This document shows positions 45,324 to 57,622 of a stretch of DNA of 64,000 nucleotides, piece after piece (the stretch's first letter is position 1; each line of letters begins with the position of its first letter). The notes under the pieces were generated by a model that was given only the letters and a program-made list of their open reading frames with translations, did no database searches and was not told the DNA's origin. Where the stretch lies: the NCBI RefSeq assembly GCF_009914755.1, contig NC_060931.1. One strand, written 5' to 3'. Made by a program: the position numbers and the translations under genes. The stretch comes from the human T2T-CHM13v2.0 reference genome, Homo sapiens.

Positions 45324-45761
45324 CTAATTAATAGTGCCTGGCATAAAGAAGGAGCTCAAAAATGTCAGAAAACAATATTATTGTAATTGAAGAATGATTG
45401 TTAGTAATTATTACTGTTCAGACACTGCAGGTGGAGACACCAAAATTAGTTCAAACTGTGAATATCTATGGGAGAGAAAAAAGAGCAAAGTCACAAAAGG
45501 GAAATAAATAGCCCACCCTAACTCTTCTCATCTCTTGCCACAAACCGCAAGCATGGTTTTTCCACACTGCAATGGTACCAATGAGATGAAGACTGATTCT
45601 TAGATCCACTGGCATTTGCAATCCTAACCATTCATTCATTCATCTTGGAAACTCAGGAACTGCCGTGATGGCAAGTGCCAGTAATTTCCAGACCTTCAAG
45701 AGACCTCGGATGCCTCAGTGAGGTTTAACCAAGGATATGCTTTGCAGGGATATTCTGCCAG

Positions 45762-45895
45762 TTTTTTGTTTGTTTATTTGTTTAGAGATGAGCCTATGTT
45801 GCCCAGGCAAGATTTGAACTCCTGGGCTCAAGCGATCTTCCTGCCTCAGCCTCCCCAACAGCTGAGCCTACAAGCGAGCCCTCACCCAAATTCCG
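45762..45895 (-). mobile_element. Alu monomer fragment (FLAM/AluJ)
   Basis: tatgttgcccaggc...aactcctgggctcaagcgatcttcctgcctcagcctcc. Confidence 0.75.
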
Positions 45896-46158
45896 GTGGT
45901 TTTTTAATCTTCTAGAGTTTACTGTTTTCTTTTCTTGACAAGGATCTGTTTCGACCAAAACTTCTCCCTTCTACTGGGGGCAGGAAGCACCAATAGAGTG
46001 GGGCAGTAAACCACTACTATCTGCTTAAAATTAATGACTAAGTAATGCTCAATTGCCAAAGGAAAGAACTATTTGTTCTTTTATCTGTTTCTTTTTCAAT
46101 GATATTACTGGAAGATCTTTCTACCACAAGCACCACACACTTAAAATCTAATGACATC

Positions 46159-46457
46159 GGCTGGGTGTCGCGGCTCACGCCTGTAATCCTAGCACTTTGG
46201 GAGGCCAAGGCAGGTGGATTGCTTGAGGTCAGGAGTTCGAGACCAGCCTGACCAATATGGTGAAGCCCCAGCTCTACTAAATATACAAAAAAGTTAGCCG
46301 GGTGTGGTGGCGTGCGCCTGTAGTCCCAGCTACTCAGGAGGCTGAGACAAAAAAATCACTTGAAGCCGGAAGGCAGAGATTGCAGTGAGCTGAGATCACA
46401 CCACTGCACTCCAGCCTGAGTGACACAGTGAGACTCCATCTCAAAAAAAAAAAAAAA
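46159..46457 (+). mobile_element. Alu (AluS)
   Basis: Full dimer; TSD-like tctaa(t/c)gacat. Confidence 0.92.
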
Positions 46458-47589
46458 TTCTAACGACATGTTATAAAACTACATGAATCTTTAAGATGAT
46501 AATCTCTCCTAGGAAAGAAGTAAATGAAAAATAAAGACAAGTGAGAACCAAATGTTGCTGTGTCCAAAGGTAATATAGTGGCAAACTGGAGTCTTGTTAC
46601 TACCACTGAAAGAAAAACTCTAGTCCATTCCTCTCAAAATTTGAATATTACTAATGTGTATGTATTATATTTCTGAATTATGTCATTCCTTCTTGAGAAT
46701 GGAATATGTAATTTAAATCATTCCTCTAAAAACATCTCCAGTAAATTAAAATTATATCTATCCTGTATTCCAACCATCTGCTTTAATTCTCAAGGCTGTT
46801 TCATATTTCAAAAGTTACTTTGTAAGACATTGTGTTTAGTCTTGATCCCTTCCTCACCTGCCTCTATCAGAACATTCATCCATCAATCATGGCATCTCAT
46901 TGCTTTCATCTCTCTGACATTTGGTCTTCTCCCTCTGAGATACTGGAATCTCCCTTCTGGTAACACTATTTAGTTGTCTGTACAGCCTTCCACACCTTCC
47001 CCACCCTTCTCACCAGAGCCTTTTTCTGAGAATCGGCTCTTCCCCTATCCAGGGTAATAGCAACTGGCCTTTTACCATGTAATACCTCCTAAGAAGACTG
47101 GACCAGATATGGTGAACTAACCCAAGCTCAGGCAACCAGAGTCTCTTTTCCAAATCCCATCTCCTGGTCACAATTAAATGGACTGTAAGTGGCCATCTGG
47201 CCCACATTCAGACTGTCAACACATCTTCTTTGGGAGGTTATCTTTAGGACTAGAATTCTACACTCAAGCTGGTTCAAGGCTTCAAAGGAGAAAGCATAAT
47301 CCCTCGCAACCATTCAACACCATGAGCACTGGAGGCAGATAATGCCAATTTATAGAGAAAGAGAAGAAAGAAGTGACACAAAGAAAAGCAGAAAATGACT
47401 TGAGAGATTATCATGATAGCAGTCTCACCTTTTTCTGCAGTTGTTGGAACATCCTTGACCTGAACTCCCATGATGGATCATCCAGCTCCACTACCATTTA
47501 AAAATATTTCTCTTTTTGGTTTAAGATAGTCCTATGGTTTTGTACAATCTACAATCCCAAACGGCCTAATATTAACTTACTATTTATTG

Positions 47590-47920
47590 TTTTTTCTTAA
47601 CTTTTATTTTTAAGTTGAGGGGTAAAAGTGGAGGTATGTAACATAGGTAAACTTGTGTCATAGGGGTTTGTTGTACAGATGATTTCATCAGCCAGGCATT
47701 AAGTCTACTTAATTAGTTATTAATTAAGTACTTAATTAAGTACTCATTAGTTATTTTTTCTGATCCTCTCACTCCTCCCACTCTCCACCCTCTGAAAGGT
47801 CCCAGTGTGTGTTGATCCCCTCTATGTGTCCACGTGTTCTCATTATGTTGTTCCACTTTATAAGTGAGAACATGCAGTATTTGGTTTTCTGTTCCTGTGT
47901 TAGTTTGCTAAGGATAATGT
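47590..47920 (-). mobile_element. Older L1PA (L1PA13-like) 3' end
   Basis: ataggtaaacttgtgtcataggggtttgttgtacagat...ccacttataagtgagaacatgcagtatttgg. Confidence 0.8.
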
Positions 47921-48258
47921 CTTCCTCTGAATTTACTCTATTATCTCTCACTTTCCTCATGTCACCGAATTCCTGGAAGAAACAATCTGCACTTGTCTCC
48001 ATATTCTCAACTTGACCAACTCCTCAAGCCACTGAAACCATGCTTCTGTCCCTGACACGCTACTTAGACTTCTTTCTTTCATCAGTGGCCTGATGACTTC
48101 CTTTAAGGGGTCATCTAGTTTGACCTCTCCACAAAATGAAACTGTAAATCAAGGCCCTTCTTTTGAAACTCAGTGTCTATCTTAGTAGATTATAGATAAA
48201 TATGAGTTAAATAAATGAAAAAAATCCTTCTTCTGCCTTCAAAAGTATTGCTCTCTGA

Positions 48259-48591
<333 letters not shown>

Positions 48592-51500
48592 CAGATACAT
48601 ATTTCTAAGGGCCTAACAGACATCTAAAAGACACTGCAAACTCCAAATGTCCAACGATCAACCTACTCCCACTCTCACAACATCAACCTGCATTCCTCCT
48701 GTGTTCTCTAGCCTACAAAATTTAATGACACATGATCTACATGTTAGAGATCTAAAAGTCATCTCCAATTCTTCTTCCTTTCCTGATTCCCCAAATCTCA
48801 CAACCACCAAGTCCTGAAATTGTACTTCTACTTCATACCTGCTTCACCTTCTCACTGCCACTAATCTTTTTGAAACCTCGGGCATCATCTCTGGTTCAGT
48901 GAATGCTGCAATGGTATACTAACTAGTCTCATTGCCTCTGCCTAATATACTGGCCCGCCTTAATCCATCTTCTACATATTATGATTCAAACCTATTACTT
49001 TTTTTTTTTAATTTAAAAATCTCAACAGCAACACAGGATAGAAGACCAAATTTGTGTTGGTACACCAAACAGGGCTATTGCAAATGTCGATGTAATATGA
49101 GCACTGCTCATCCCCTCCTTGGGTCAGGATGCAAGAAATTTATAACCAGACTTAAGCCAATAGCTACCAACATCACTTGCAATTGACAAGTCCAATGCCT
49201 AACAAAGAACAGACCACGTTTCTTTAGACCATGCCCCTTCAGTATGCAATGTACTTTTTCCTTGGTCATGCTCTGATGTATCCCAGTGTTCCATAGTCAG
49301 CTTGGAGTTGCTAATGTTTTCCTTAGGGACTCTCTTCCCTCAGTTTGTATTCTCAACATGTAGCTCAGCGCAGTACGTAATTTGCACTGAATAATAATAA
49401 TCATCACGTTAATTGTTGAATTAAATTATATTTGGTGTTAAAAAATATTTGAAACAAGAAATATTTAAAAAGGCAGTATAAATTAAAACAACTTCAAAAA
49501 TAAAATGTACTATTTATTTAGAAGCCTAGTTTTAAGTATACTACCTAGAAGGCTGCTTACCTGCAAGTTATTTCTTTCTTGTAATCTAATGAAAAAAATT
49601 TTCTAACAGAATTTCTTTCTTGTTGATTAGCACTTAAGCTCTTAATTAAATGTTATACTAGTGTTTCTTATCCAATAAACCATTTCCCAGAATTTCATAA
49701 AAACTAAGAATTTTTAAGTACTTATGTTCTGAGATCTAGATAATTTTATTGTCTTTGGTCTCTAAGGTGAATTTCCAAATGTGAATATTTAAGTCTCTAA
49801 AAATGATTATTATGTTTAGGAAGCAGCATTTCCAATATAACCAAGCTCATATGGGAAATGAAGAAAACAGAAGCATTAAGAAAAATAACCAACTGCTACC
49901 TTTAGTATCTTTAATGTAATTTTGCACCTCATAAATCTGAGGGCTCTTCTCTCTGCCCCACTTACACATCCATCACTCCTCAGAGTATTTTCACCACAAT
50001 GCCTGTTGCTCACTTTTTAAAAACAAGAGATTTTTGCAGTCTGCCTGAGCCCATTTATTTCATTGCACCATCCCTCTTGTAACTCTCAAAATATGGCATT
50101 ATTAATATTTAACCATCCCTTCACATAGTTTGACAGTATGCACCTTAGAAAAATTTTATTAGCTCTTTCCCCTCTTTTCCCTAATTATCCCTAAGGTATT
50201 GGGCAAATATCAAAAGAAACAATTCTCTAGACTTGCTTGACAACTTTGGTATGTGTTGATTACATATTACAGGTTTATCTGTATATCAAAATCCCTCAAC
50301 AATTTCTCTTAGAGAGAAATGTCTGGTGATAACAGGAAATCTGAAACAGGGAGCACAGATTGAAGTGAAAAGGACCTGAAATTGAGGTCTGATCACGGGT
50401 AACTTAAGAGAAACACATTTTAAAATTTTTCATTTGATTTGATGTTATATACAAATAATAATGTTATGGTTAATAGTAATTATATGCATGTGTATGAAAG
50501 AGAGAGAAACCAGAATTTATTATTTGAATAAAATAACATTGGAATTGCTTTCCATCATTTGCCAGAAGACCACCATAGCGTATTTTTAACTACACAGAAA
50601 AAAAGAGCTTCAAATAGACAGTAAGATTATCCCCAAATCTGAAGCATTTAAAATGGCCAGCACCATTATTTTCTACTGCCACCAGTTCAAGTTGTTCTTC
50701 CATTTATGATACAGAATTTTAAATGTATCCTAATTTTTTAAATCCACAGAGCATATGGTTAAAAAAAATCAGCAGAAGCAAATGTTAAAATAACATTTAG
50801 CCAGAAATATCCCACATTCATATTCAAAGAGAACTTCAAATATTGCTTTATATATAACAGCCTAATTCTGAATTATTGAAATTAACTATAAAAAGTGTGC
50901 CGGTTTGTTGAGGCCACAAAGTCAATCTTTTCCTCGTTCATAACCTGTAAACAACTGGCAAAATATAAAGGAGCAATGACCGCTTTTCTTTACTCATTTT
51001 TAAAAACTGCTAAGAGTAGCTGATTCTATGTACTGAATTACTACAAAAGATGTAAAGCCTACAAAGAAGGGATATTTAAGAGCTTATATTTTACAAATAA
51101 AAATTTTAAACCTGTGCACATTTGCCTTCATTCCTAAAATATCACACCACCAAATATGTTTAATTCTAAATTTCAAAGTATATCTTATCTAAATGAAAGA
51201 AATAAAACTGCTTAGTATGTAAAGAACTTTTAATAGGTGCCAACATTTCAAATGGTATAGTTTCTTTCTCACACTTGTTTAAAAGACAGCAAAACTGTCT
51301 TTAGAATCACTTTTTTAATTACTTGTCAATTATGTTAGTAACCCGTCTCTATAGGACTTGAGCATTTTCAGGCTGCTTGTGTATGCAATATCTCATTTAA
51401 TTGTCTTGGCAAATCATTCTTAAATGCTGGTGTTATTAAGTTAGATTTAATCCCTGAAAACAGTTGTGGACTGACAGAAGACCTAAGGTATGCACACTTG

Positions 51501-54500
51501 TTAATAAACTTACCTTACTGAGGTTTTTCTACTCTGTCAATCCACTTAAAGTTTTAAAAATATGTATGGACATACACACGTATATATGTGTATTTGCATA
51601 TACATAAAATACTATCTATTAAATAGAATACTATATAGTGACACAAACTAGGAAAGTTATCTAATTATACGATGTTAATATTTTGGACTCTCAAGGAAAA
51701 GGTAGTAACATAGTATTTTTTCACAAAGTGCTGCCACTTTTACTTAATTGACATTGAGGTCAATTGCCTTTTTCTTTCAACTCTGTAAACAACACTACGC
51801 AATCGTTTACATGTTTCAGTGCACACACAAAAAAATGAATCCTGTGTAAGCTACATGGTTGGCCATCACAGCCCATTCCCAGTTTACTGGAAAGCAACTG
51901 TATGAAAGCCTTGGGAACAGTCGTGGTACTGCTCACAGATAGTTCATGAAAAGAAAGACTGGTTGACACAGTTAGTGACACAGTGCTTGATGCACACTGT
52001 AAGCCTTAAGTAAATGTGGAGGCGATATAATAGAACAAAGTTTGTTCCCCATGGAAAGCAGCTGACCTGCTTTTTGAAACACTACCACAGACAGCTCTTT
52101 TAATAGAAATAATGGACCGTTGTCATTTTAATAACAATAAAATGTTACTTTTTTGAAATACTGAAATTCTGATTTTTTTCCCAAAATGCTATGTATACTT
52201 ACGTTAGAAATGCTTATGTCCATACATATAAGACATTAAATGAGATCAACAAATTGCATGATTTGCCTAAGATATGTTTCATTTTACCCATTTAAATCTC
52301 CAATTTAAAGTTATAAATAGCTTGAAGACATGTGCTAGGAAATTCTTGGAAACTTGCATCTATATTGAGAAATAGGGAAATCAAGAGAAACCTTAAGAGG
52401 TGCTTTATATAATGATACTCCAGAGAATATGTAAATTATATAGTTTGTTATGAGCACTATTGTAAAAATTATTTGCAAAATTTCTCAATGCATTATTGTT
52501 TATGAATATATACTCCTATATATACTAAATTTTAGCACAATAATAATTTCCATATGTTATGTTTTTGTAAAAATTTACTATGTGTAAACCCTAGAAAGAA
52601 GAGTATTTTATTGTTAGTTTTATCAATGTTGGAGAAATAACAGAAAGATGTCTACACAGTCAGTTTGTTGTGAAGAAAACAACTGTAAAGCTCTTATCTA
52701 TTGTCAAAATGAACCACCTACTTTATATTCAAATTTTATGTATATTTATTAAATTAAATTAATGAAAGCCATGGGAGGGGGAGATAATAAAGGCACATTT
52801 CATTTCCCTTTAATAAACCATAATATGCTTAGATTCTTGTATTTTCTTACATTTTTTTCAAAAATTATATCCATTTCAGTCTGCTTAATTTTCATTCAAA
52901 TGCCAATCCAAATAGCTACACATATAGCTATGTGTAACATTAATAAATTTAACATAATATTACTACTTACGTGGAAAAATATATCTATTGTTGCATATTT
53001 TAAAACATACATCTGTGGAATAGTAAATGTTATATGGTTAAGCCGATGAGAACAAAATTAAAGACTTGAGAAAAGTTTATTAATGTTCACTGTTTCAGGT
53101 TTTATTTTACATTTAATATTTTATCTCATAATTGATCATATGGCACATTTCCTTGTGTATGTAAAATGTAAACAGAAACTGCTGACTTCAAGTGAGAATA
53201 ATTATGTCACTTATAATGCATGGAACAGATATCCATTACAATATCCTGACATACAAAATTTCTCCTTTATAGCCTTAAATACAAATTTCTCTAATAACAG
53301 GAAAAAAAAATATCCTAAGTAATTAAAGCCAAAAGTACTATACTTCTATGAGAATTTATGCTTATTTCCTGTGGATATCCACAATTCTTAGTTTTATATT
53401 TATACCATTGTACACTTTATATTAAAATCCCTGTATACCAATAGGCTCTCAGCCAATTATTGTAGACTGACTGGCATTTTGATGTGACTGAGATAAAAGT
53501 TTGATATTAATAGTTATAACTATATATTTTTTAATTGCATTTGTAAATAGATTCTAAAATTAAGGACAAATTTAAATTAACATTATAATACTGGCTATCA
53601 CACATGTAATTCTAAATATTAAAATAGAAGTCTTTTAACATGTGACAAGAAATTATTTCTAGAAAAACGGACAACTACCCTTTTTGAAAGCTACATTTTA
53701 AAAATACCAATACGACATGTGCATACTATAGCATAAAAATGATATATTTTCCATTTATATATCAACCAATACACATTATGTGGCTGCTACCATATCATGT
53801 ATTTATGTTTCACACCTTAGGGAGACAAACATTTCCAAAAGAAACACCTAACCCAGAGAAATAATCATATCAAAATTTCCTTGTCTGAAAAACATCTATT
53901 TTAGTGTTAACTCTTAGAACAGGTTAACTACTACTTTAATCCAAAAGAAAATTTATATTAGAATGTATGTTAAACAGGAGAGCAAAAAATGAAAGAAGAT
54001 ACTTAACTGACACATCATTTGTTTTACCATAATAGAATTTAAGCCCTTCACACAAATGTAAACACTCTATATTTTTAAAAAAAAACTTTGAACTACTAAT
54101 TCTAATTGAAGTCCAACTCCAATTAGTGCATAATTAATTTTATAGTGTGTGATGGCATGCTCTTCCTCTTCAGCTGATAAAAACTTCTTACATTACTTTT
54201 TCTGTGAAAAATGAAACTGGCAAAAAAAAAAACCCAAAAATATTTACTAATGATTCCGAGAGAAATTTACATACAGAAGCATAATAATTTGCCTTTATTG
54301 ACACTACAGTCTTTGCACTCAGTTTTTATAAATTTGAAATTTTCCCCCAAAGATTTGAGATTTGTCCTGATTAAACAGTGCATATGAATTCTTTTCTCGA
54401 AAGAAAAGCAAATGGCACATCTTTATGAAAAATATTGCATTTTTTAATTTCATAAAGTTTATTCAGAAATCTAACATGAAGTACAAATGTCAACCATCAG

Positions 54501-56618
54501 TTCTTTCCTCAGAAGACAGTGTTACTAACTTTTCAAATGAAAAACTGAAGATGCAGAAGGCTTCCAAAAATATTGTTAAGATTACCTACAGGAGATTGAC
54601 TTCGCTCCACAAAACCTTTTATTAAGTATTTCATTCATTAAATAATCAATGTCTTATATAATTTGAAAATATCTTGAATTTTCATCGTTAAAAAAAATTT
54701 CAGATCCTTCCAAAGAAAAGAAATTGTGATGTCCTACTTCCCATTTTAACCCACTATATATACTCTTTCTTGTGTCTAGTAAATTTCTGACCATGAAAAT
54801 TGATTTACTTATAATTTTAGGAAAGCATTATTGCAGATGTTCTTCTTAACAATAAGGATTTTTACATTAATATTTTACCACAGTATGTTGAGGAATAAAA
54901 GGTTGTATTTTGTTGTAGTTTTCCCCAATGGTATGATGATGTATCCCCTCCCATGATAAAAATATTGATAAATTGTCAGTTAAAAACAACACTGTAAAAA
55001 TGAGTAATCGGAACACATTTAGGAAGTGATTGTTTTTTAAAGAGCCACTTATTTATTTGACACAGAATGCAAGCGACTCATTTGAGTTCTCACTTTACAG
55101 GCCAAGCAACAAACAGACTTAAAAAATTAAATGGAAGTGTGATGCCTTAATAAGAGTAAATAATTCTGAAGCATCCTTAGGGTGATTCTTACTCTTTTTA
55201 TGTTTAAAAATATCTGACTGGAACATCCTGCCAATTAAACGAAGATCTCCAGATGGCATTTACCCTTTTGCTTCATAACAAAAAGGATCTGCAATCAGTT
55301 TTATGGAAGATTATCTAAAGAGGAACATTACTGTAACTCAATGACAACAAAAATTAGACACTCCCCTTCTCCGGGATAGAATGTGCATCCTCCAGATTCT
55401 TGCACTGACACCTAAGGTAATAAATACTTAAAACTGAATCTTAAATAATAGCCGCAGGATTTCAACCGCTAAAGATTCACTGTTACTTTCCACCAAAAAC
55501 TCCTGTATTCAGCACTCAGCCAACAAAGGACAGCAAGTAATTCCCAGCAGCATAAATACCGGGAAAGCTACCTTGGGCTTTGTTTTTGTTATGTAAAATG
55601 CATTAAAGTGACTCATCCACTTAAGATTACCTACCTTTAGAAGCTTTAAAGAAGCTTCAAGAACCAAAATAAATGCTTTCCCAGAATGCCGGATAGGCTA
55701 TTCGGTGCATTAAAAAATATGTATATATTTATATGTGCCATTGAGTTTGATTCTATTTTGCTAAGAAAGGAGAGAATTATTATTTTTCATTCCCTTCCTG
55801 TGGTGTGACTATAGCTACCTATAAGCCCTCTATTTCCAGAACAGCAGCGAGGTTTTTAAAAGTTATTTTAGAAATGGTAAAAATAAAAGAAAATTTGTAG
55901 GAGACTGGAAATAGTCCCTCCTTCAAAGAATAGGCTCTATTCATTTGAAGAACAGGGACCGCGTGTCTGCCGACACTTAGATGTTTCAAATAATGGGTTG
56001 GGGAGGTTGGATCGCGTGGTCCCAGTACCTGCGAGCCCCCTGCGTGGACAGCACGCTCGGCCGCGGGGAGCCAGCACGCGTCTAATCGGAAGGCTGTCAA
56101 GTGCATCCAGTAACGTGGGATAAAACGAGTTTGGGCACTACAGCAATTAAAGAGCATCTCCGAGGCCAAGTGCGGGGGAAGTCCACGCTACCTCGGCAAG
56201 CCTGAAATTACCTATTTGTAAATTACCCAACCAAAACATAACTTTTTATTGAACTGGGTTGAATCAGAGCGGGTGAGCTGGCTGGAAACTTTTTTCCCCA
56301 GTACGGCTGCACTCTGAAGTCTAGAGAATCCCGTTAGAGACGGGCTGAGACGCCGCGAGTCGTCGGCGGGCGCTTCCCGGGACAGTCGGCCCCCAGTGCC
56401 CGGCCCCGCGGAGGCGCCCGAGACGCCGGTTCGGGACGCATTCCAGCGGCGAGCGGCGCGCACCGCCTGCCCGGCGTCTCCGCATCCGAGCCTGGCTCCC
56501 CGGCCGCTCGCTCCCCACCCCCACGGGCGGAAAAGCCCCGCGACTCGGGAACCGACCCCCACCCCCAACTCCCGCGGCGCCCCTCGGCCGGCGCTCCCTG
56601 CCCGGCCCGCCGACTTAC

Positions 56619-56713
56619 GTGACGGCCGAAGGGAACGGCTCCTCCGACGAGGGGCCGATGAGCAAAGATTGGAAAAGTGTCAGAGTCAAGGCCAGCAGGC
56701 AGCCAGCAGCCAT
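56619..56713 (-). CDS. CACNA2D1: CACNA2D1 exon 1 coding part (signal peptide and first mature residues of alpha-2/delta-1)
   Basis: Minus strand reads gaagATGGCTGCTGGCTGCCTGCTGGCC...TCGGCCGTCAC|gtaagt = MAAGCLLALTLTLFQSLLIGPSSEEPFPSAV(T), which I recognise as the CACNA2D1 N-terminus. Strong Kozak (A at -3, G at +4), 95 bp, canonical donor at 56618-56613. Confidence 0.97.
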
Positions 56714-56922
56714 CTTCGCGATCGAAGATCAATGCCCCCTCCCTGCCCAAGCGGGGGAAGGAGCGGCGCTGGAAACCGCGGGCGGAGGAAGAGCAGCACA
56801 CGCCGCCGGGACCGCGGGCGTCTGGAGGGCTGGCTGCGCCCGGGGCCCGAGGCGCGGAGCCGCGCGGGGGACGGCAAGGGCGGGAGCGGACGCCGGGGAA
56901 GGGGCGGTGGCGGGCGGACCCA

Positions 56923-56973
56923 CTAGCGTGCGTCGGCTGCTCCGCGCCGCGGCCGCCTTGCCTCCGCCGCCAT
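56923..56973 (-). other. Candidate 16-codon uORF (MAAEARRPRRGAADAR*)
   Basis: ttgATGGCG...CGCTAG. It is the only minus-strand ATG between 56714 and ~57290. Confidence 0.45.
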
Positions 56974-57080
56974 CAAGGGCGACTTTGGAAACAGACCTCG
57001 GCGAGCCCGCCGGCGCTCGCGCGCTCTCGCTCTCCCTCTCGGTTTCCTCCCTGATTTATTCCCCCGATTGCCGAGGCGAA

Positions 57081-57135
57081 GGCGGAGGCGGGGGCGGGGG
57101 CGGAGGAGGGGTGACGGCGCTGGAGGGTGGGGGTG
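57081..57135. promoter_or_regulatory. Overlapping Sp1 GC boxes and EGR1 sites; G-quadruplex-capable
   Basis: ggcggaggcgggggcgggggcggaggagggg contains GGGCGG twice and GCGGGGGCG twice (57088-57096, 57094-57102). Confidence 0.7.
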
Positions 57136-57602
57136 GCTGCAGGAATCGGGGAATGGCAGGCAGAGAGACTTGTGGAAGCGAGAGGCTCCGTCTGGCTTCT
57201 TAGGCAAGTCAGAGGGAGGCGGCTGGGGGTGGGCAGCGGGAGGGCTGGGCGTCAGAGCAGTCGGGCGGAGACGGGCCGGGAGCAGCCCTCCATACAAGGC
57301 AGCCAGGAACTCCCAAAGTCGGCGCCGGCTCGCTCCCGCCGCCCGGCGTGCGCAGGCGGAGCGGACCAGCCCCGCGGGGCTCCCGGGGGACGGCCAGCCG
57401 CCCAGCGGGCATCCACAGGCTGCAGAGGCTCCAACCCAGGACTTGGCTCGCGTCTTCGGGGGTTATTTTTGCACATGCAGGCAGCGTTCCCCCCCAGCCC
57501 TACTCCCAGGCGCAGAATCCAGTGCCTGCCTGGGAATCGTGAAGTGATTTGACAACAAATGTAGGAGGGGTTTGTATTGCATTTTAAAGCACCACTGTTG
57601 AC

Positions 57603-57622
57603 TCTCTACCAGGTGGCACTAT
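57603..57622 (+). promoter_or_regulatory. Candidate CTCF site upstream of the promoter
   Basis: CTACCAGGTGGCACTA (57606-57621) closely matches the CTCF core CCACCAGGTGGCGC. Confidence 0.55.

Larger units (their letters stand above)
56714..57200 (-). other. CACNA2D1: CACNA2D1 exon 1 5'UTR (TSS approximate)
   Basis: GC-rich sequence between the ATG and the GC-box cluster. The TSS cannot be fixed from sequence alone (somewhere in ~57000-57250). Confidence 0.6.

Noticed and set aside
49561-49585. Possible 25-nt microexon with a CAG|gtaagc donor
   Set aside because: The acceptor has a competing upstream AG and a short tract, the length shifts the frame, and nothing else supports it.
54575-54600. 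Possible recursive splice site on the minus strand (ctcctgtag|gtaatc)
   Set aside because: The polypyrimidine tract is short and such motifs are expected by chance in 56 kb. It would need saw-tooth total RNA-seq evidence.
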